Shown in pieces: positions 46,130-55,589 of a DNA stretch of 64,000 bases. Source of the stretch: a virus (taxonomy: Duplodnaviria; Caudoviricetes); the IMG/VR virus record IMGVR_UViG_3300031134_000004, positions 1 through 64,000 of that record, one strand, 5' to 3'. The stretch's first letter is position 1. Each line of letters begins with the position of its first letter. Position numbers and translations under genes: made by a program. The notes beneath the pieces are model-generated. The model did not search any database. It was given only the letters and a program-made list of their open reading frames with translations, and had not been told where the DNA came from.

Positions 46130-46550
46130 GATCCTCACTGGTCAGATCACCACCGCTCCAGGGCATGAACACACCGTGCCTTGGGGGACGGTGTGCGACA
46201 ACCATCCAGAAGACCGCGCGCATTACCGTGTGCAAGGTGAAACGGATGCATTGAGCGCAAAGCTTACCGACATGTGTGAGTTTTGTTACCAGCGTCACCA
46301 AATGCAAGAACCCGACAAGGAAGTCGAAGAATGCGAATGGTGCACTACTCCCTCAACCAACCTGGCTGACTACCGCGACCTGAAAGAAGGGTTGCTGGGC
46401 GACATTTACCGCGTCTGTCCGAAGTGCATCCATGAAGATCAGCACAACATCATCGACGAAGTACCATCGGAAAAGATGGGCTTTAACGTACGCAATGCTG
46501 ACGAAGACAACGACGACGACACGGTCTTTCTGAACGAAGACAACGGCTAA
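46122..46550 (+). CDS. Putative Zn-binding protein, 142 aa
   Basis: CDNH, CEFC, CEWC and CPKC pairs; acidic tail. Confidence 0.6.
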   Translation: MAEILTGQITTAPGHEHTVPWGTVCDNHPEDRAHYRVQGETDALSAKLTDMCEFCYQRHQMQEPDKEVEECEWCTTPSTNLADYRDLKEGLLGDIYRVCPKCIHEDQHNIIDEVPSEKMGFNVRNADEDNDDDTVFLNEDNG

Positions 46551-46568
46551 TTAAACAAGGAACCAATC

Positions 46569-46973
46569 ATGAGCTTGAACAACCCAACCAATGCTACCCA
46601 GATCCACGCCATTCACGAAGATGACAATCCGCGTGGCATGATCGCAGCACTCATCGCACTGTACGGTCAGCAGCGCCTGATCAATGAAGCGAACATCGAA
46701 CTCGTCGCCGCCAATGTGTTGGCACATCCGAAGTTCGGTCCGCACGTCTCGATCACCTGCAAACACCTGACGGGCGAGAATGCCGGCGCGCTTAGCACCC
46801 GCTTCGTCGTCATTCCCAATACCCCGTACACGGTGCCGATGCAGTCGGTGCGCTTCATGGAGTTTAACAACGAGTACGATATTCGTACCTATACGCCAGG
46901 ACAAGTGGCCATCATCGCCATGGACGCTGTGCACTTCCTGATCAACGGCGACCTGCCGGATCTGGACGACTAA
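46569..46973 (+). CDS. Hypothetical protein, paralogue of 47034-47453
   Basis: GENAGALSTRFVVI versus GEEAGALTTRKVII. Confidence 0.72.
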   Translation: MSLNNPTNATQIHAIHEDDNPRGMIAALIALYGQQRLINEANIELVAANVLAHPKFGPHVSITCKHLTGENAGALSTRFVVIPNTPYTVPMQSVRFMEFNNEYDIRTYTPGQVAIIAMDAVHFLINGDLPDLDD

Positions 46974-47033
46974 GCATTAACCATTTAGTGAAGAGGGAGC
47001 AATCCCTCTTCTATGCCAACAAGGAAAAAACAA

Positions 47034-47453
47034 ATGACTACCAATAACACCCATGAACCCGTTCGTCAAGAAACGGAGATCACCCCAAGCAACAATCCAC
47101 TGGGCCAAGCTGCTGCAATTTTTGTTGTGGCCTTTAACCAGCAGCTGAACAATCCTAAGCTGCCTGCTTCGTTTGACAACATGGAGTACAAAGCGGCGAT
47201 GGTGGAAAACGACCCGCAGTACGGAGACCATGTCCGGATTGACGCCATGGTAATTAAAGGCGAAGAGGCTGGTGCTTTGACCACGCGCAAAGTCATCATC
47301 CATAGCGCGCCGGGTGTGAAGACGCGCCACACGGTTCGTTACGTGAACTTTGGCCGGGACGAAGAAGTCGGCAACTACCACTACGGACAAATCTCCCAGC
47401 TCGTTCAATCCATCATCAGCTATATTCGTCGTGGCGACACGATCGCAGAATAA
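47034..47453 (+). CDS. Hypothetical protein, paralogue of 46569-46973
   Basis: AACAAGGA RBS; see alignment in findings. Confidence 0.72.
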   Translation: MTTNNTHEPVRQETEITPSNNPLGQAAAIFVVAFNQQLNNPKLPASFDNMEYKAAMVENDPQYGDHVRIDAMVIKGEEAGALTTRKVIIHSAPGVKTRHTVRYVNFGRDEEVGNYHYGQISQLVQSIISYIRRGDTIAE

Positions 47454-47857
47454 TGACCATTTACCCTACCCTCGAACTGGCCGGCGCCATCATCCCTGGT
47501 GAACCGACTTTCACGGACATACAGCTGGCGTTTGCCAAAGAGTGCGGCTTTACTAACACCATCGATTTACTCGAGCACGAAAAGCACAAGTTCGCCACCG
47601 AGAAGATGATTCCCGAAGGCGTTGATTCGCGCTGCACGCTGCCGGTTATCGAAGGCGATGAAGTCAAAGGCTACCGCCGGATGACGGAAGTTGAAATCAA
47701 AGCCTACGTTCTGGGCGTAGCGTTTAACACTGAAGACGGTGGTGTTAAGATGGATAGCGTTCCAGAAGAAGTCCACGCTGCTTACCTGGAAATACGCGCT
47801 ACCCGGATCAAGTTCATGCAGATCCTCCAATACATGTTTGCTGGCTCTTTTCAATAA
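47453..47857 (+). CDS. Hypothetical protein, 134 aa
   Basis: TAATG overlap with the previous gene. Confidence 0.65.
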   Translation: MTIYPTLELAGAIIPGEPTFTDIQLAFAKECGFTNTIDLLEHEKHKFATEKMIPEGVDSRCTLPVIEGDEVKGYRRMTEVEIKAYVLGVAFNTEDGGVKMDSVPEEVHAAYLEIRATRIKFMQILQYMFAGSFQ

Positions 47858-47869
47858 AAAGGATTCATC

Positions 47870-48760
47870 ATGATTCGCACCAATATTCTGTTTGACAGTT
47901 TCGAAATCCCAAATCCAATTGGCACCGCCCTGGGTTTGTTGGTTGGCCAAGCGATCGCCAACATGTACTTCACTACCCACTACAAGATCGAGCACGTCAC
48001 TGTGCGGTTCGACGAAATGGGTAAGGGCCTGCGTTCTTATACGGAACTCTCGCTCGACGACGACAAGACGATCCAAGACAACCACATCGACGTTGAGCCA
48101 GGTCAAGGCATCACCCGTGTGCGCATCTACGAGCGTGAATTTGCTGGCTGGTGCGATGTTGAATTTCTCAACAACGACATGCAAGTTCTCTACAAGAAGG
48201 AAAGCGTCCTGCCGTACTACACTGGCGCTCTCGTTCCCATGATGGCTGAGTTCTTGTTCAGTGCCCAAGTACAACTCGACATGGAACCTAAGCCTCTGGA
48301 CGACGATCGCGCTGAAGGTACGGGTTCGGGTTGGTTCTTGCAAGAAGGCCGCCCAGAGCACGTCTACGACTCGCCACAAGAGGCGTTTGAGAAAGACACG
48401 CGTACGCCGAAGTTCTTCCTGCGTCTGGAGAAGGCAGCGGCGGACTTGGGCATGCTCGATGTTGCTGCTTACTTCAACAAAATCCACAAGCAACTCGAAA
48501 TCATGGGTTACCGGGACAACAAACCAACCCCGCATCCTGATGAGATGACAGTTAATATCGTCAGTGGAAAGCGTGACGGCAGCCGCAAGTGGAATGAGGA
48601 CGAGATCAAAGGCGTGGCAGTTTCGCAAGCTATCGAAGCTGGCCTTATCGACGCCGATTTCCTCACACCAGAACAGATGCATTTCTATTGCATCTATCTC
48701 AAGCAGCGCGCTTACTGGAAGGACGCAGTCAAGCGTGAGCAAAAGCTCGCCAGTAAATAA
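47870..48760 (+). CDS. Hypothetical protein, 296 aa
   Basis: AAGGA RBS; stop abuts the hairpin. Confidence 0.7.
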   Translation: MIRTNILFDSFEIPNPIGTALGLLVGQAIANMYFTTHYKIEHVTVRFDEMGKGLRSYTELSLDDDKTIQDNHIDVEPGQGITRVRIYEREFAGWCDVEFLNNDMQVLYKKESVLPYYTGALVPMMAEFLFSAQVQLDMEPKPLDDDRAEGTGSGWFLQEGRPEHVYDSPQEAFEKDTRTPKFFLRLEKAAADLGMLDVAAYFNKIHKQLEIMGYRDNKPTPHPDEMTVNIVSGKRDGSRKWNEDEIKGVAVSQAIEAGLIDADFLTPEQMHFYCIYLKQRAYWKDAVKREQKLASK

Positions 48761-48801
48761 GCGGCATAAGGCCAGGGGAAGTTCCCCTGGCTCTATGACA
48801 T
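48761..48801. terminator. Bidirectional hairpin, family member
   Basis: GCGGCATA-ag-GCCAGGGGA/TCCCCTGGC-tc-TATGACAT plus T tract. Confidence 0.78.
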
Positions 48802-48815
48802 CTTTTTTTTGTCGA

Positions 48816-49259
48816 TTACGGCAAGTAGACCGTCACGGGAAGTTCGATCCTGTCACCCAACCAATGCTTGATTAAGTTATGGACGTCTTCCCATTCCAAA
48901 CCACCTTCACCACAACCGAAAGCAGGAATCGCCAGCGATGTAATGCCGAGCTTTTCGTAATCTTGGGATAAGCGAACCAATGCAGCGTCCACCCACTCAA
49001 TCTTCGATTTGTATTTCCAGTGCCGCTTTGTGGGAAAGCAAAGCACCTTCTTACCTGGCTCGACATCAACTGCCAAAACACCTTCACGTTTGAAGTGACT
49101 GATGTAACAGGCATCGCGGTACGGGTAGATAAGCTTTGGCCACTTTTCCTTGAAAGCCAACGCCAATCCTTTTCCCATTACACCGACTGTATTCACAGGG
49201 CAAACAAGCGTCTGCGCTGGATCAGTTAAGATGTTGCCTGTTGATTCTGCAATGATCAT
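48816..49259 (-). CDS. DarG-like macrodomain ADP-ribosylglycohydrolase
   Basis: GNILT...LVCPVNTVGVMGKGLALAFK...FPTKRHW...SLAIPAFGCGEGGLEW. Confidence 0.82.
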   Translation of the reverse strand: MIIAESTGNILTDPAQTLVCPVNTVGVMGKGLALAFKEKWPKLIYPYRDACYISHFKREGVLAVDVEPGKKVLCFPTKRHWKYKSKIEWVDAALVRLSQDYEKLGITSLAIPAFGCGEGGLEWEDVHNLIKHWLGDRIELPVTVYLP

Positions 49260-49663
49260 GGCTTTCCTTTCCCCATTTCATCGAGCACCTCTTGGGCCAT
49301 TTTACCCGTGTCCTTCGCCATCTCGGCAGCAGTTTCAAAGATCATCTGGCAAACGTCTGGAGGAAACTCCATGAATTCTGTCAGACTCACTCCTGTGTGC
49401 TTAAACACTTCCCGCTTACCAAACTCACGAATTCTCTCGCGCAAAAGACTTGTGGTCGTGACATCTTCTTTAGGATGCATACCAACCAGTGCCAATTCCC
49501 GGCCAGCCATGGGGGCGTCGTGGTTATAGATGCCGTAGGTCGTTTCGTACCGATCCCGCATCAACAACGCAACGTCAGGAGAGACAAGGGAAGGTGAGAC
49601 ACGCATCAACTCCCGGATGGGGTTGTTAATGTCTACCTTCTCCCCGAATCCCATTTCACCCAC
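49256..49663 (-). CDS. Conserved core hypothetical protein, about 135 aa
   Basis: Operon with the 49681 gene; GVSLTEFMEFP segment. Confidence 0.6.
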   Translation of the reverse strand: MGEMGFGEKVDINNPIRELMRVSPSLVSPDVALLMRDRYETTYGIYNHDAPMAGRELALVGMHPKEDVTTTSLLRERIREFGKREVFKHTGVSLTEFMEFPPDVCQMIFETAAEMAKDTGKMAQEVLDEMGKGKP

Positions 49664-49680
49664 ATGACTATTAGGGTCGT

Positions 49681-51276
49681 TTAGCGATCCCGGATTTGCG
49701 GGATCTTCTGCACGAGCAGGGTAAAAAAAACCGACAGCGTATCGAGAACCAAGAGGTTCGGGAAACGCGGCAGCGTAGCGGTGTCTTCCTTTTCAGTCGC
49801 TGGAATAGCGACGATGGAAATCACGCTGTCTTCGATGTAACCCTTGATCCCGTCGAAGTACTTCTTGCGGGTGTCCGGATCACTCGAGAGCGCATCGATG
49901 ATCGAGTCGATGGTGTCTTCGTCGACGATGATGTCGTCCGGCTGACCTTCACCGCCCGTGACCTTGATCGATTCAACGAAGTGCGCGTACTGCCGCATGT
50001 TCGTCGCTTTACCTTGGTCCCAGATGTACGAGTCACGCACCTGCTCGTTGGTAGGCTGCTCGAAGGTCTTGTCGACCATGTGGACGATGTTGTTGATCCA
50101 CTTTTGACCGGAGTTCAGGTACTGCGTCATCGTTGGCGAACGCAGCTGGATCGACATGTCCTCGTTGATGACGATCTCGCGACCATGACCACGCGTGAAC
50201 TCTTTGCGATAGCGCTCCAGATCGGTGACGGCGTGATGGTGACCGTGGATCTTGCTCATGTGCGTAATCTGCCAAGCAGTCAAGGCCGAGTTATCGACCC
50301 ACAACAGCTTGTTGATGTTGAGCTTTTCCTTGATGACCTTCTCGCCAGCTTTCGGATCGAGCACAGCGCGGGCGTACGGGAAGCCTTGTGGCCAGCACAC
50401 GCAAGCCAGACCCCAGGCGATCAGCGGGATGTCTTCAGCGCGAATGAGTTCACGCATGTTCGATTCCGCTTCTGGTGTCAGGGTGCTGTCGTAGACGTGC
50501 GACAAAGCAAAGTCCATGATCCAGCCAGCGAAGAAGACGGTCGTGTTAGCAAACGCCATACCGAAGGTCGAACGACCCAGGGTAATCTTCTCTTCGGTCA
50601 GCTTGCGGTTCAGTTCCAGGAGCGACGCTTCCGACGGTGCCTTGAGCGAAATCCAGAAGCCCGAATGCCACAGTGGAATACGGATGACGCTACCCAGACC
50701 GAGCAGACCACGCACACGCAGCACAGCACGTTCGCCAGTCAAGCGTGCATCGCCCGTATCACGGAAGCGCACGTTACCGGCGTTCAGGATGCCTTTTTCA
50801 GCCAGCACACCTTGACGGTACTGGGCGCCGGGACGCAGGGTCGCTTTGTTAAGCAGACCACCGTACGAGACAGCCACGCGCGAAGCGTTCAGGTTGTTCA
50901 CCCATTCCAGGCCGGATTGGGTATCGGTGATGTCGATGTTCGGGCGAGCATCGATGGCTTGTTGAATGGTTTTAGCATCGTCACCAGGCACTGCCAAAAG
51001 CAGTTGCGATGGGTCCCATGGTTTATCCAGCGGGGAAGTAACTTCGAAGTCTTGACGCACGGTCGTCGATTGGGCAGGCGTACGGTCCCAGCCATCGTGT
51101 TCGTCGTCATTGGCGCCAGCAGGCGCATCTTCGATAGGCGCTTTAGCGGCCGGTTCGACGTAATCGCTTTCGTGATCGATTTCCACGAGCACAGGCGTTG
51201 CCACCTGTGCTTCAAGAGGAGCGACCTTTTGGTTATCATTGTCCATGGGGGCTCGTGTTGTTGTGTTACGCGGCAA
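49681..51276 (-). CDS. Conserved core protein, 531 aa (possible T4 gp26-like hub/assembly fold)
   Basis: Acidic N-terminal extension; IRIPLWHSGFWISLKAPSE is only weakly reminiscent of gp26-like proteins. Confidence 0.55.
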   Translation of the reverse strand: MPRNTTTRAPMDNDNQKVAPLEAQVATPVLVEIDHESDYVEPAAKAPIEDAPAGANDDEHDGWDRTPAQSTTVRQDFEVTSPLDKPWDPSQLLLAVPGDDAKTIQQAIDARPNIDITDTQSGLEWVNNLNASRVAVSYGGLLNKATLRPGAQYRQGVLAEKGILNAGNVRFRDTGDARLTGERAVLRVRGLLGLGSVIRIPLWHSGFWISLKAPSEASLLELNRKLTEEKITLGRSTFGMAFANTTVFFAGWIMDFALSHVYDSTLTPEAESNMRELIRAEDIPLIAWGLACVCWPQGFPYARAVLDPKAGEKVIKEKLNINKLLWVDNSALTAWQITHMSKIHGHHHAVTDLERYRKEFTRGHGREIVINEDMSIQLRSPTMTQYLNSGQKWINNIVHMVDKTFEQPTNEQVRDSYIWDQGKATNMRQYAHFVESIKVTGGEGQPDDIIVDEDTIDSIIDALSSDPDTRKKYFDGIKGYIEDSVISIVAIPATEKEDTATLPRFPNLLVLDTLSVFFTLLVQKIPQIRDR

Positions 51277-51847
51277 CTGCTTCGTCGACTTCTTTGAACG
51301 CGACGTCGGTGATGACGTCTGGGTTCGTAGCCGATTCGGCGGCCAGTGCTTCGCGCTTTTTGGTCATCAGCTTGTTTTCTGCCAGCTGGATCTGTTCCAG
51401 GATGTGGTACGCGGTTGGCAGGATGCACGAATCGTGACGCTCGCGGAACAGGTTGTACTGTTCGAAGATCGCGTAGGTCTGCATCAGCAGGTCAGGGTCC
51501 GACACGCCGCCGGTCTTGCCAGCGTGTTGCGTGTAGATCTCTTTCAGCTCGCTGGTCAGTTGACGCAGGTCAGCGGCCAGGGAACGGATCTTCAGAACCA
51601 GCGAGGACGTGTCTTCGACGCACGCCAGCAGTTCTTTGTCGTTCAGTTCGCGGCCCAGGCTGATGTGCTTGAGCAGCAGAGCGTTGCAGTCGCCGTAGAT
51701 ACCGTTCAGGTCGTCCCAGCAGGTGTTGTTGCCGCTGGCGATTTCAGCGCGCATGTCTGCTTCACGTTGCTTAGCAGCTTGTGCTGCCAGCTTCTGGTTC
51801 TTCTCCGCGAGATCGCGTGCTTGACGGCCGGTGCTTTTCTTGGTCAT
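51266..51847 (-). CDS. Conserved coiled-coil protein, 193 aa
   Basis: GGAG RBS before ATG 51847; heptad-like stretches; strong codon bias. Confidence 0.68.
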   Translation of the reverse strand: MTKKSTGRQARDLAEKNQKLAAQAAKQREADMRAEIASGNNTCWDDLNGIYGDCNALLLKHISLGRELNDKELLACVEDTSSLVLKIRSLAADLRQLTSELKEIYTQHAGKTGGVSDPDLLMQTYAIFEQYNLFRERHDSCILPTAYHILEQIQLAENKLMTKKREALAAESATNPDVITDVAFKEVDEAVAA

Positions 51848-52052
51848 GGTAATACTCCGTGTATAAACAGTGAAATTGTAAAATTGAGTTTTGATAGCCA
51901 AATGATTTGACCATCCTAAAAGCAGAACGCCTCGTTTCATAATAAAACGCTGCGCAGTATTCTTTACGCTACCACGGCAGTCTAGTTGCGTGGTTCTCGC
52001 TAAACGATTGATGCTTTCGATTTAATTTTACTTACTTACAGGAATCATTTTC

Positions 52053-52883
52053 ATGTTGACGATTTTGAGCGACTACTTAAAAGAAGCAGCCACGCCTGAA
52101 TTGCGTGAAGCGCTTGAAGGTGCGCATGATGCGTTTGACCGGATTAACCTCGAGAATTACACGCTCGAGTTTGAAAAGCACTTGATGCAAGACGGTTCGG
52201 TTGACCGTGGCAATACCTTGGTGTTCGTCACAGAACTGACGCGCTTAATGCTCACGGACTTGCTGCGTCAACACGAAATCATCCCAGCGCACGACGCCAG
52301 CATCGAAACCTTGACGCTCTTCCTGAACGGCATTCTCGACATTCAAGAGTACGAGAACTACGCCGACATCATCAACATCGTGGCCATGGAAAGTAACGCA
52401 CAAGAAACTTTCGCTGAACTCATGACGCTTGTCTCGCCTCGCTCTGTGGAAGACTTGCTTGTGGATCTGGAAGAAGTACACTTTGCCGTCATCACCCGCA
52501 TTCGTGACATGGCAATCCAGATGGACATTCCACCACCGTCAGTGCAAGAGCAAGAACAAGAGCGCGCCTACATTGAAAAGCTCAATCGCTTCCTGGGTTA
52601 CATCCAGCAAAAGCCATTGCAGATCGTGGCGATGCTCAAGAACGGCCTGGACGTGGGCTTCCCATTCTTGACCTACGTGGGTTTGATCGGGGCTGAAATC
52701 GAACAGTGGCCGGTGGACAAGATTGCCAACGAACTCATGGCGATGGCGCTCGTGTCAAATGACGGGACGAACAATCCCTTGAGCATCATCAAAGAACATT
52801 TGGAGAACTACATCTCCGACATGAACAAACTCACCAAGGTTGACATTAAACTCGGTGAGATTTCCTTAGGACTGCAGCGATGA
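52053..52883 (+). CDS. Conserved core helical protein, 276 aa
   Basis: AGGA RBS; ATGA overlap with the vRNAP subunit. Confidence 0.68.
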   Translation: MLTILSDYLKEAATPELREALEGAHDAFDRINLENYTLEFEKHLMQDGSVDRGNTLVFVTELTRLMLTDLLRQHEIIPAHDASIETLTLFLNGILDIQEYENYADIINIVAMESNAQETFAELMTLVSPRSVEDLLVDLEEVHFAVITRIRDMAIQMDIPPPSVQEQEQERAYIEKLNRFLGYIQQKPLQIVAMLKNGLDVGFPFLTYVGLIGAEIEQWPVDKIANELMAMALVSNDGTNNPLSIIKEHLENYISDMNKLTKVDIKLGEISLGLQR

Positions 52884-54190
52884 ACAAGAAAGACTTTTTC
52901 CTAGCCGCGATGCATGCAGAAGAATTCCTACGCCGTGCGTGGGTCTTTTCTGCCTTTGCGCTTATTAATGAAGACGCGGACAAGTGGAAGGAAAACCCTT
53001 ACCCTTACCGGATTGTGCAAACGCCGTCTGGTCACTTTTTCGTTGACCCCAACAACGGCAACCAGCTCTCGCCCATTGAAGGCACCAAAGCGGGCGAACC
53101 ACCATTTGCTCCCAAGGAACGCCAGCAACTCAAAGCGAATGACTTGCCAAACCTTAAAGTCGATGTTGACACCACGTACGGTCGCATCCTCTTTAACTGT
53201 GTGGTGATTGTCTGGGCACTCAATAACAAGATCGACTATCTGAACGAACGCGTTAATCCTCGCGCTTTGGAAGACATGATCCTGCCGCGCTTGACTGACA
53301 CCCCAGCTGAAGGCGAACCACGCGAAGACCAACCGATTTACGTCGATGAGTATCTGGATTTTTGCGATGCAATGTTTTTCATGGCAGGCTTCACGCAGAT
53401 CTGCGCGCCGGCCGGATCACGGAAAGCCATGGTCCAAGCCCCAGGCATGCGGGAGCTGCGGGCGAAACTCATTGCTGAAAACAAAGACCGCCTGCATGAC
53501 CCGGCAGTCGTGGCGAAGATCGATGCTGAATTGGTGGCGTTCGATAAAGCGTACCTTAAAGGCGACCCAGCAGAAGGGTTCCTCATGGGTAAGAGTAAGA
53601 GTTACAACATCGTGCGTAAGAAGCTCTTTGGCATGCATGGTGCTGAAGTCGGTCTGTCTGAAGGCGTGGACGTGGACCTGATTCAAAACTCCCTGTCTGA
53701 AGGTTGGGACATCACCAAATTCCCAGCGATGAACAACTCGCTGCGTGCTGGTTCCTTTAACCGTGGTCACCAGACGATGATGGGTGGTGAGGAAGTCAAG
53801 TGGATGCTGCGCGCTTCGTCGAACATGGCAGTTACCGCGGATGACTGTGGCACCAAGCTTGGTCTTCCCATGCACGTTGACAACACCAATTACAAAAAGC
53901 TCGTGGGCTTTAGTGTCGTATCTGAGAAAGGCAGCATCAAAGTCAATACTGACGATGAAGCCAAATCCTATCTCGGCAAACACATCATGCGGCGCAGCCC
54001 GATGTTGTGTAAGTTACCCAAGACTGACTTTTGTAAAGTCTGTGTGGGCGATCGTCTGGCAGAAAACCCAACCTCTCTGTCGTCGGCTGTGTCAGCTTAC
54101 GGTAGTGCCTTCATGGACATTTACATGCAGGCAGGTCACGGTAAAGCTCTGACGGTTGCACACTTGGATTACAAGAGCGCGATCCGGTAA
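52880..54190 (+). CDS. Virion RNA polymerase beta' C-terminal subunit (phiKZ gp80-like)
   Basis: GSFNRG, DDCGT, RRSPMLC...CKVCVG Zn site, MQAGH. Confidence 0.87.
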   Translation: MNKKDFFLAAMHAEEFLRRAWVFSAFALINEDADKWKENPYPYRIVQTPSGHFFVDPNNGNQLSPIEGTKAGEPPFAPKERQQLKANDLPNLKVDVDTTYGRILFNCVVIVWALNNKIDYLNERVNPRALEDMILPRLTDTPAEGEPREDQPIYVDEYLDFCDAMFFMAGFTQICAPAGSRKAMVQAPGMRELRAKLIAENKDRLHDPAVVAKIDAELVAFDKAYLKGDPAEGFLMGKSKSYNIVRKKLFGMHGAEVGLSEGVDVDLIQNSLSEGWDITKFPAMNNSLRAGSFNRGHQTMMGGEEVKWMLRASSNMAVTADDCGTKLGLPMHVDNTNYKKLVGFSVVSEKGSIKVNTDDEAKSYLGKHIMRRSPMLCKLPKTDFCKVCVGDRLAENPTSLSSAVSAYGSAFMDIYMQAGHGKALTVAHLDYKSAIR

Positions 54191-54270
54191 GAATTTGCTG
54201 CGTTTCACCATTCTTTGACTACGAGGTTTGTAGAAGAGGAACTGTTTCATTTATCCCATAGGAGAGCCAC

Positions 54271-55032
54271 ATGGCTGAGCAACAAAACGATCAAACCCAA
54301 ACGAATCAAACCACCCAAGCTACCACCGGCGCCGAGCAAGTCACGCAGCAACCAGCTGCTTCGACCGAAACCGCACCTGCAACCCCAGCACCAACCGCAC
54401 CAACTGCAACGACCACCCCTGTCGCGCCAGCTCCGAAGCCGGCCGTCACCACCGTGACCAAGGTCACGCAGCAGCAGCCTGCCAAGCAAACCCTGGCCGA
54501 CGCCATCAAGAGCGGCGCCCCAGTTGTGACCAACACCAAAGCACCTGCTACCACCGTTACCCCGACCGAAACCGCCACGCAAGAACTGATCGCCAAAGCG
54601 CAAGCTGAAGCCTCGAGCGCCGGCCGCGTGATCCTGCAAAACGTGCTGGACTACATGCAAGCCATGGACCCGAAGAAGCCAGTGAACGCTGACATCGGCT
54701 CGCGTTACCAAGTATCGCTGTACCGCGCCATCACCCGCACCATCAACAACCTGGGCGACGACTTCGACCTGGTCTTCACCGCCATCCTGCGCCTGTTCGC
54801 CGACAACGGCAGCGACGTGTTCGCCGAACGTTTCGTGTTCCGCTTCATGGACAGCGTGAACCTGAGCAGCGACGAGATCAAAGGCTACCAGCGTCTGCTG
54901 AACCTGCTGATCAACACCGCTGATCCGAAAGGCCGCGCTTCGGGCCTGAAGATGACGGACTTCAACAAGACGCTCGAATTCGGTCTGACCGAAGAAGGCC
55001 GTGCTCGTGTCCTGACGTACTTCAACAAGTAA
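54271..55032 (+). CDS. Highly expressed conserved protein with T/P/A-rich N-terminus, 253 aa
   Basis: AGGAG RBS; extreme codon bias; low-complexity N-terminal 100 aa. Confidence 0.72.
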   Translation: MAEQQNDQTQTNQTTQATTGAEQVTQQPAASTETAPATPAPTAPTATTTPVAPAPKPAVTTVTKVTQQQPAKQTLADAIKSGAPVVTNTKAPATTVTPTETATQELIAKAQAEASSAGRVILQNVLDYMQAMDPKKPVNADIGSRYQVSLYRAITRTINNLGDDFDLVFTAILRLFADNGSDVFAERFVFRFMDSVNLSSDEIKGYQRLLNLLINTADPKGRASGLKMTDFNKTLEFGLTEEGRARVLTYFNK

Positions 55033-55044
55033 TCCTTGTTGTCA

Positions 55045-55081
55045 AGCCAGAGGGGAGAAATCCCTTCTGGTTTTATGCCGC
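55045..55081 (+). terminator. Hairpin, family member (right flank only)
   Basis: AGCCAGAGGGGA-GAAA-TCCCTTCTGGTT-t-TATGCCGC. Confidence 0.7.
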
Positions 55082-55113
55082 CTTGAAAAAAAACGATCCT
55101 AATTTATCTCAGA

Positions 55114-55132
55114 CGTATATTCTACAAGTGAG
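55114..55132 (+). promoter_or_regulatory. Early promoter-like motif
   Basis: CGTATATTCTACAAGTGAG, followed by ATACAT as at 9856. Confidence 0.7.
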
Positions 55133-55179
55133 ATACATTCGTTATCAAGACACCCATTTCACTTTTAAAGGAAAAAATC

Positions 55180-55548
55180 ATGACCATGTCCCTCGTCCAG
55201 ACTATCTTAGCTGCTGCGAAGAACAACCACTCAATTCTTAATTGGGATGGCCAGTCGTGCAAAGACGATATTCTGGAAAACATCCGGCATTATGTTTCGC
55301 GCTTTACTGGCTACAAGAAGTTGGCCGTAACGTTTGAAAACGGGAAACTGGAGATCCATGCGGAGACGACTTACACCCCGCATCAAGTGTGGGACTCCAT
55401 GCTTCCTGCACCAGAACCGCTGGTGGACTACGTGCACCTGCTTTCTTACAACGTCGTAAGTGGTCGCGAGACGTATGGTCGCCTTCATCACGTCGGCTTT
55501 TATTATCCGCACCTTGCTGAACTTGAAGTATTGGGAACAGCGCAGTAA
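55180..55548 (+). CDS. Hypothetical early protein, 122 aa
   Basis: AAGGA RBS. Confidence 0.68.
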   Translation: MTMSLVQTILAAAKNNHSILNWDGQSCKDDILENIRHYVSRFTGYKKLAVTFENGKLEIHAETTYTPHQVWDSMLPAPEPLVDYVHLLSYNVVSGRETYGRLHHVGFYYPHLAELEVLGTAQ

Positions 55549-55589
55549 TACCTTCCTTTTTGTCTACCTATCTACCTGAGGATTCCACC

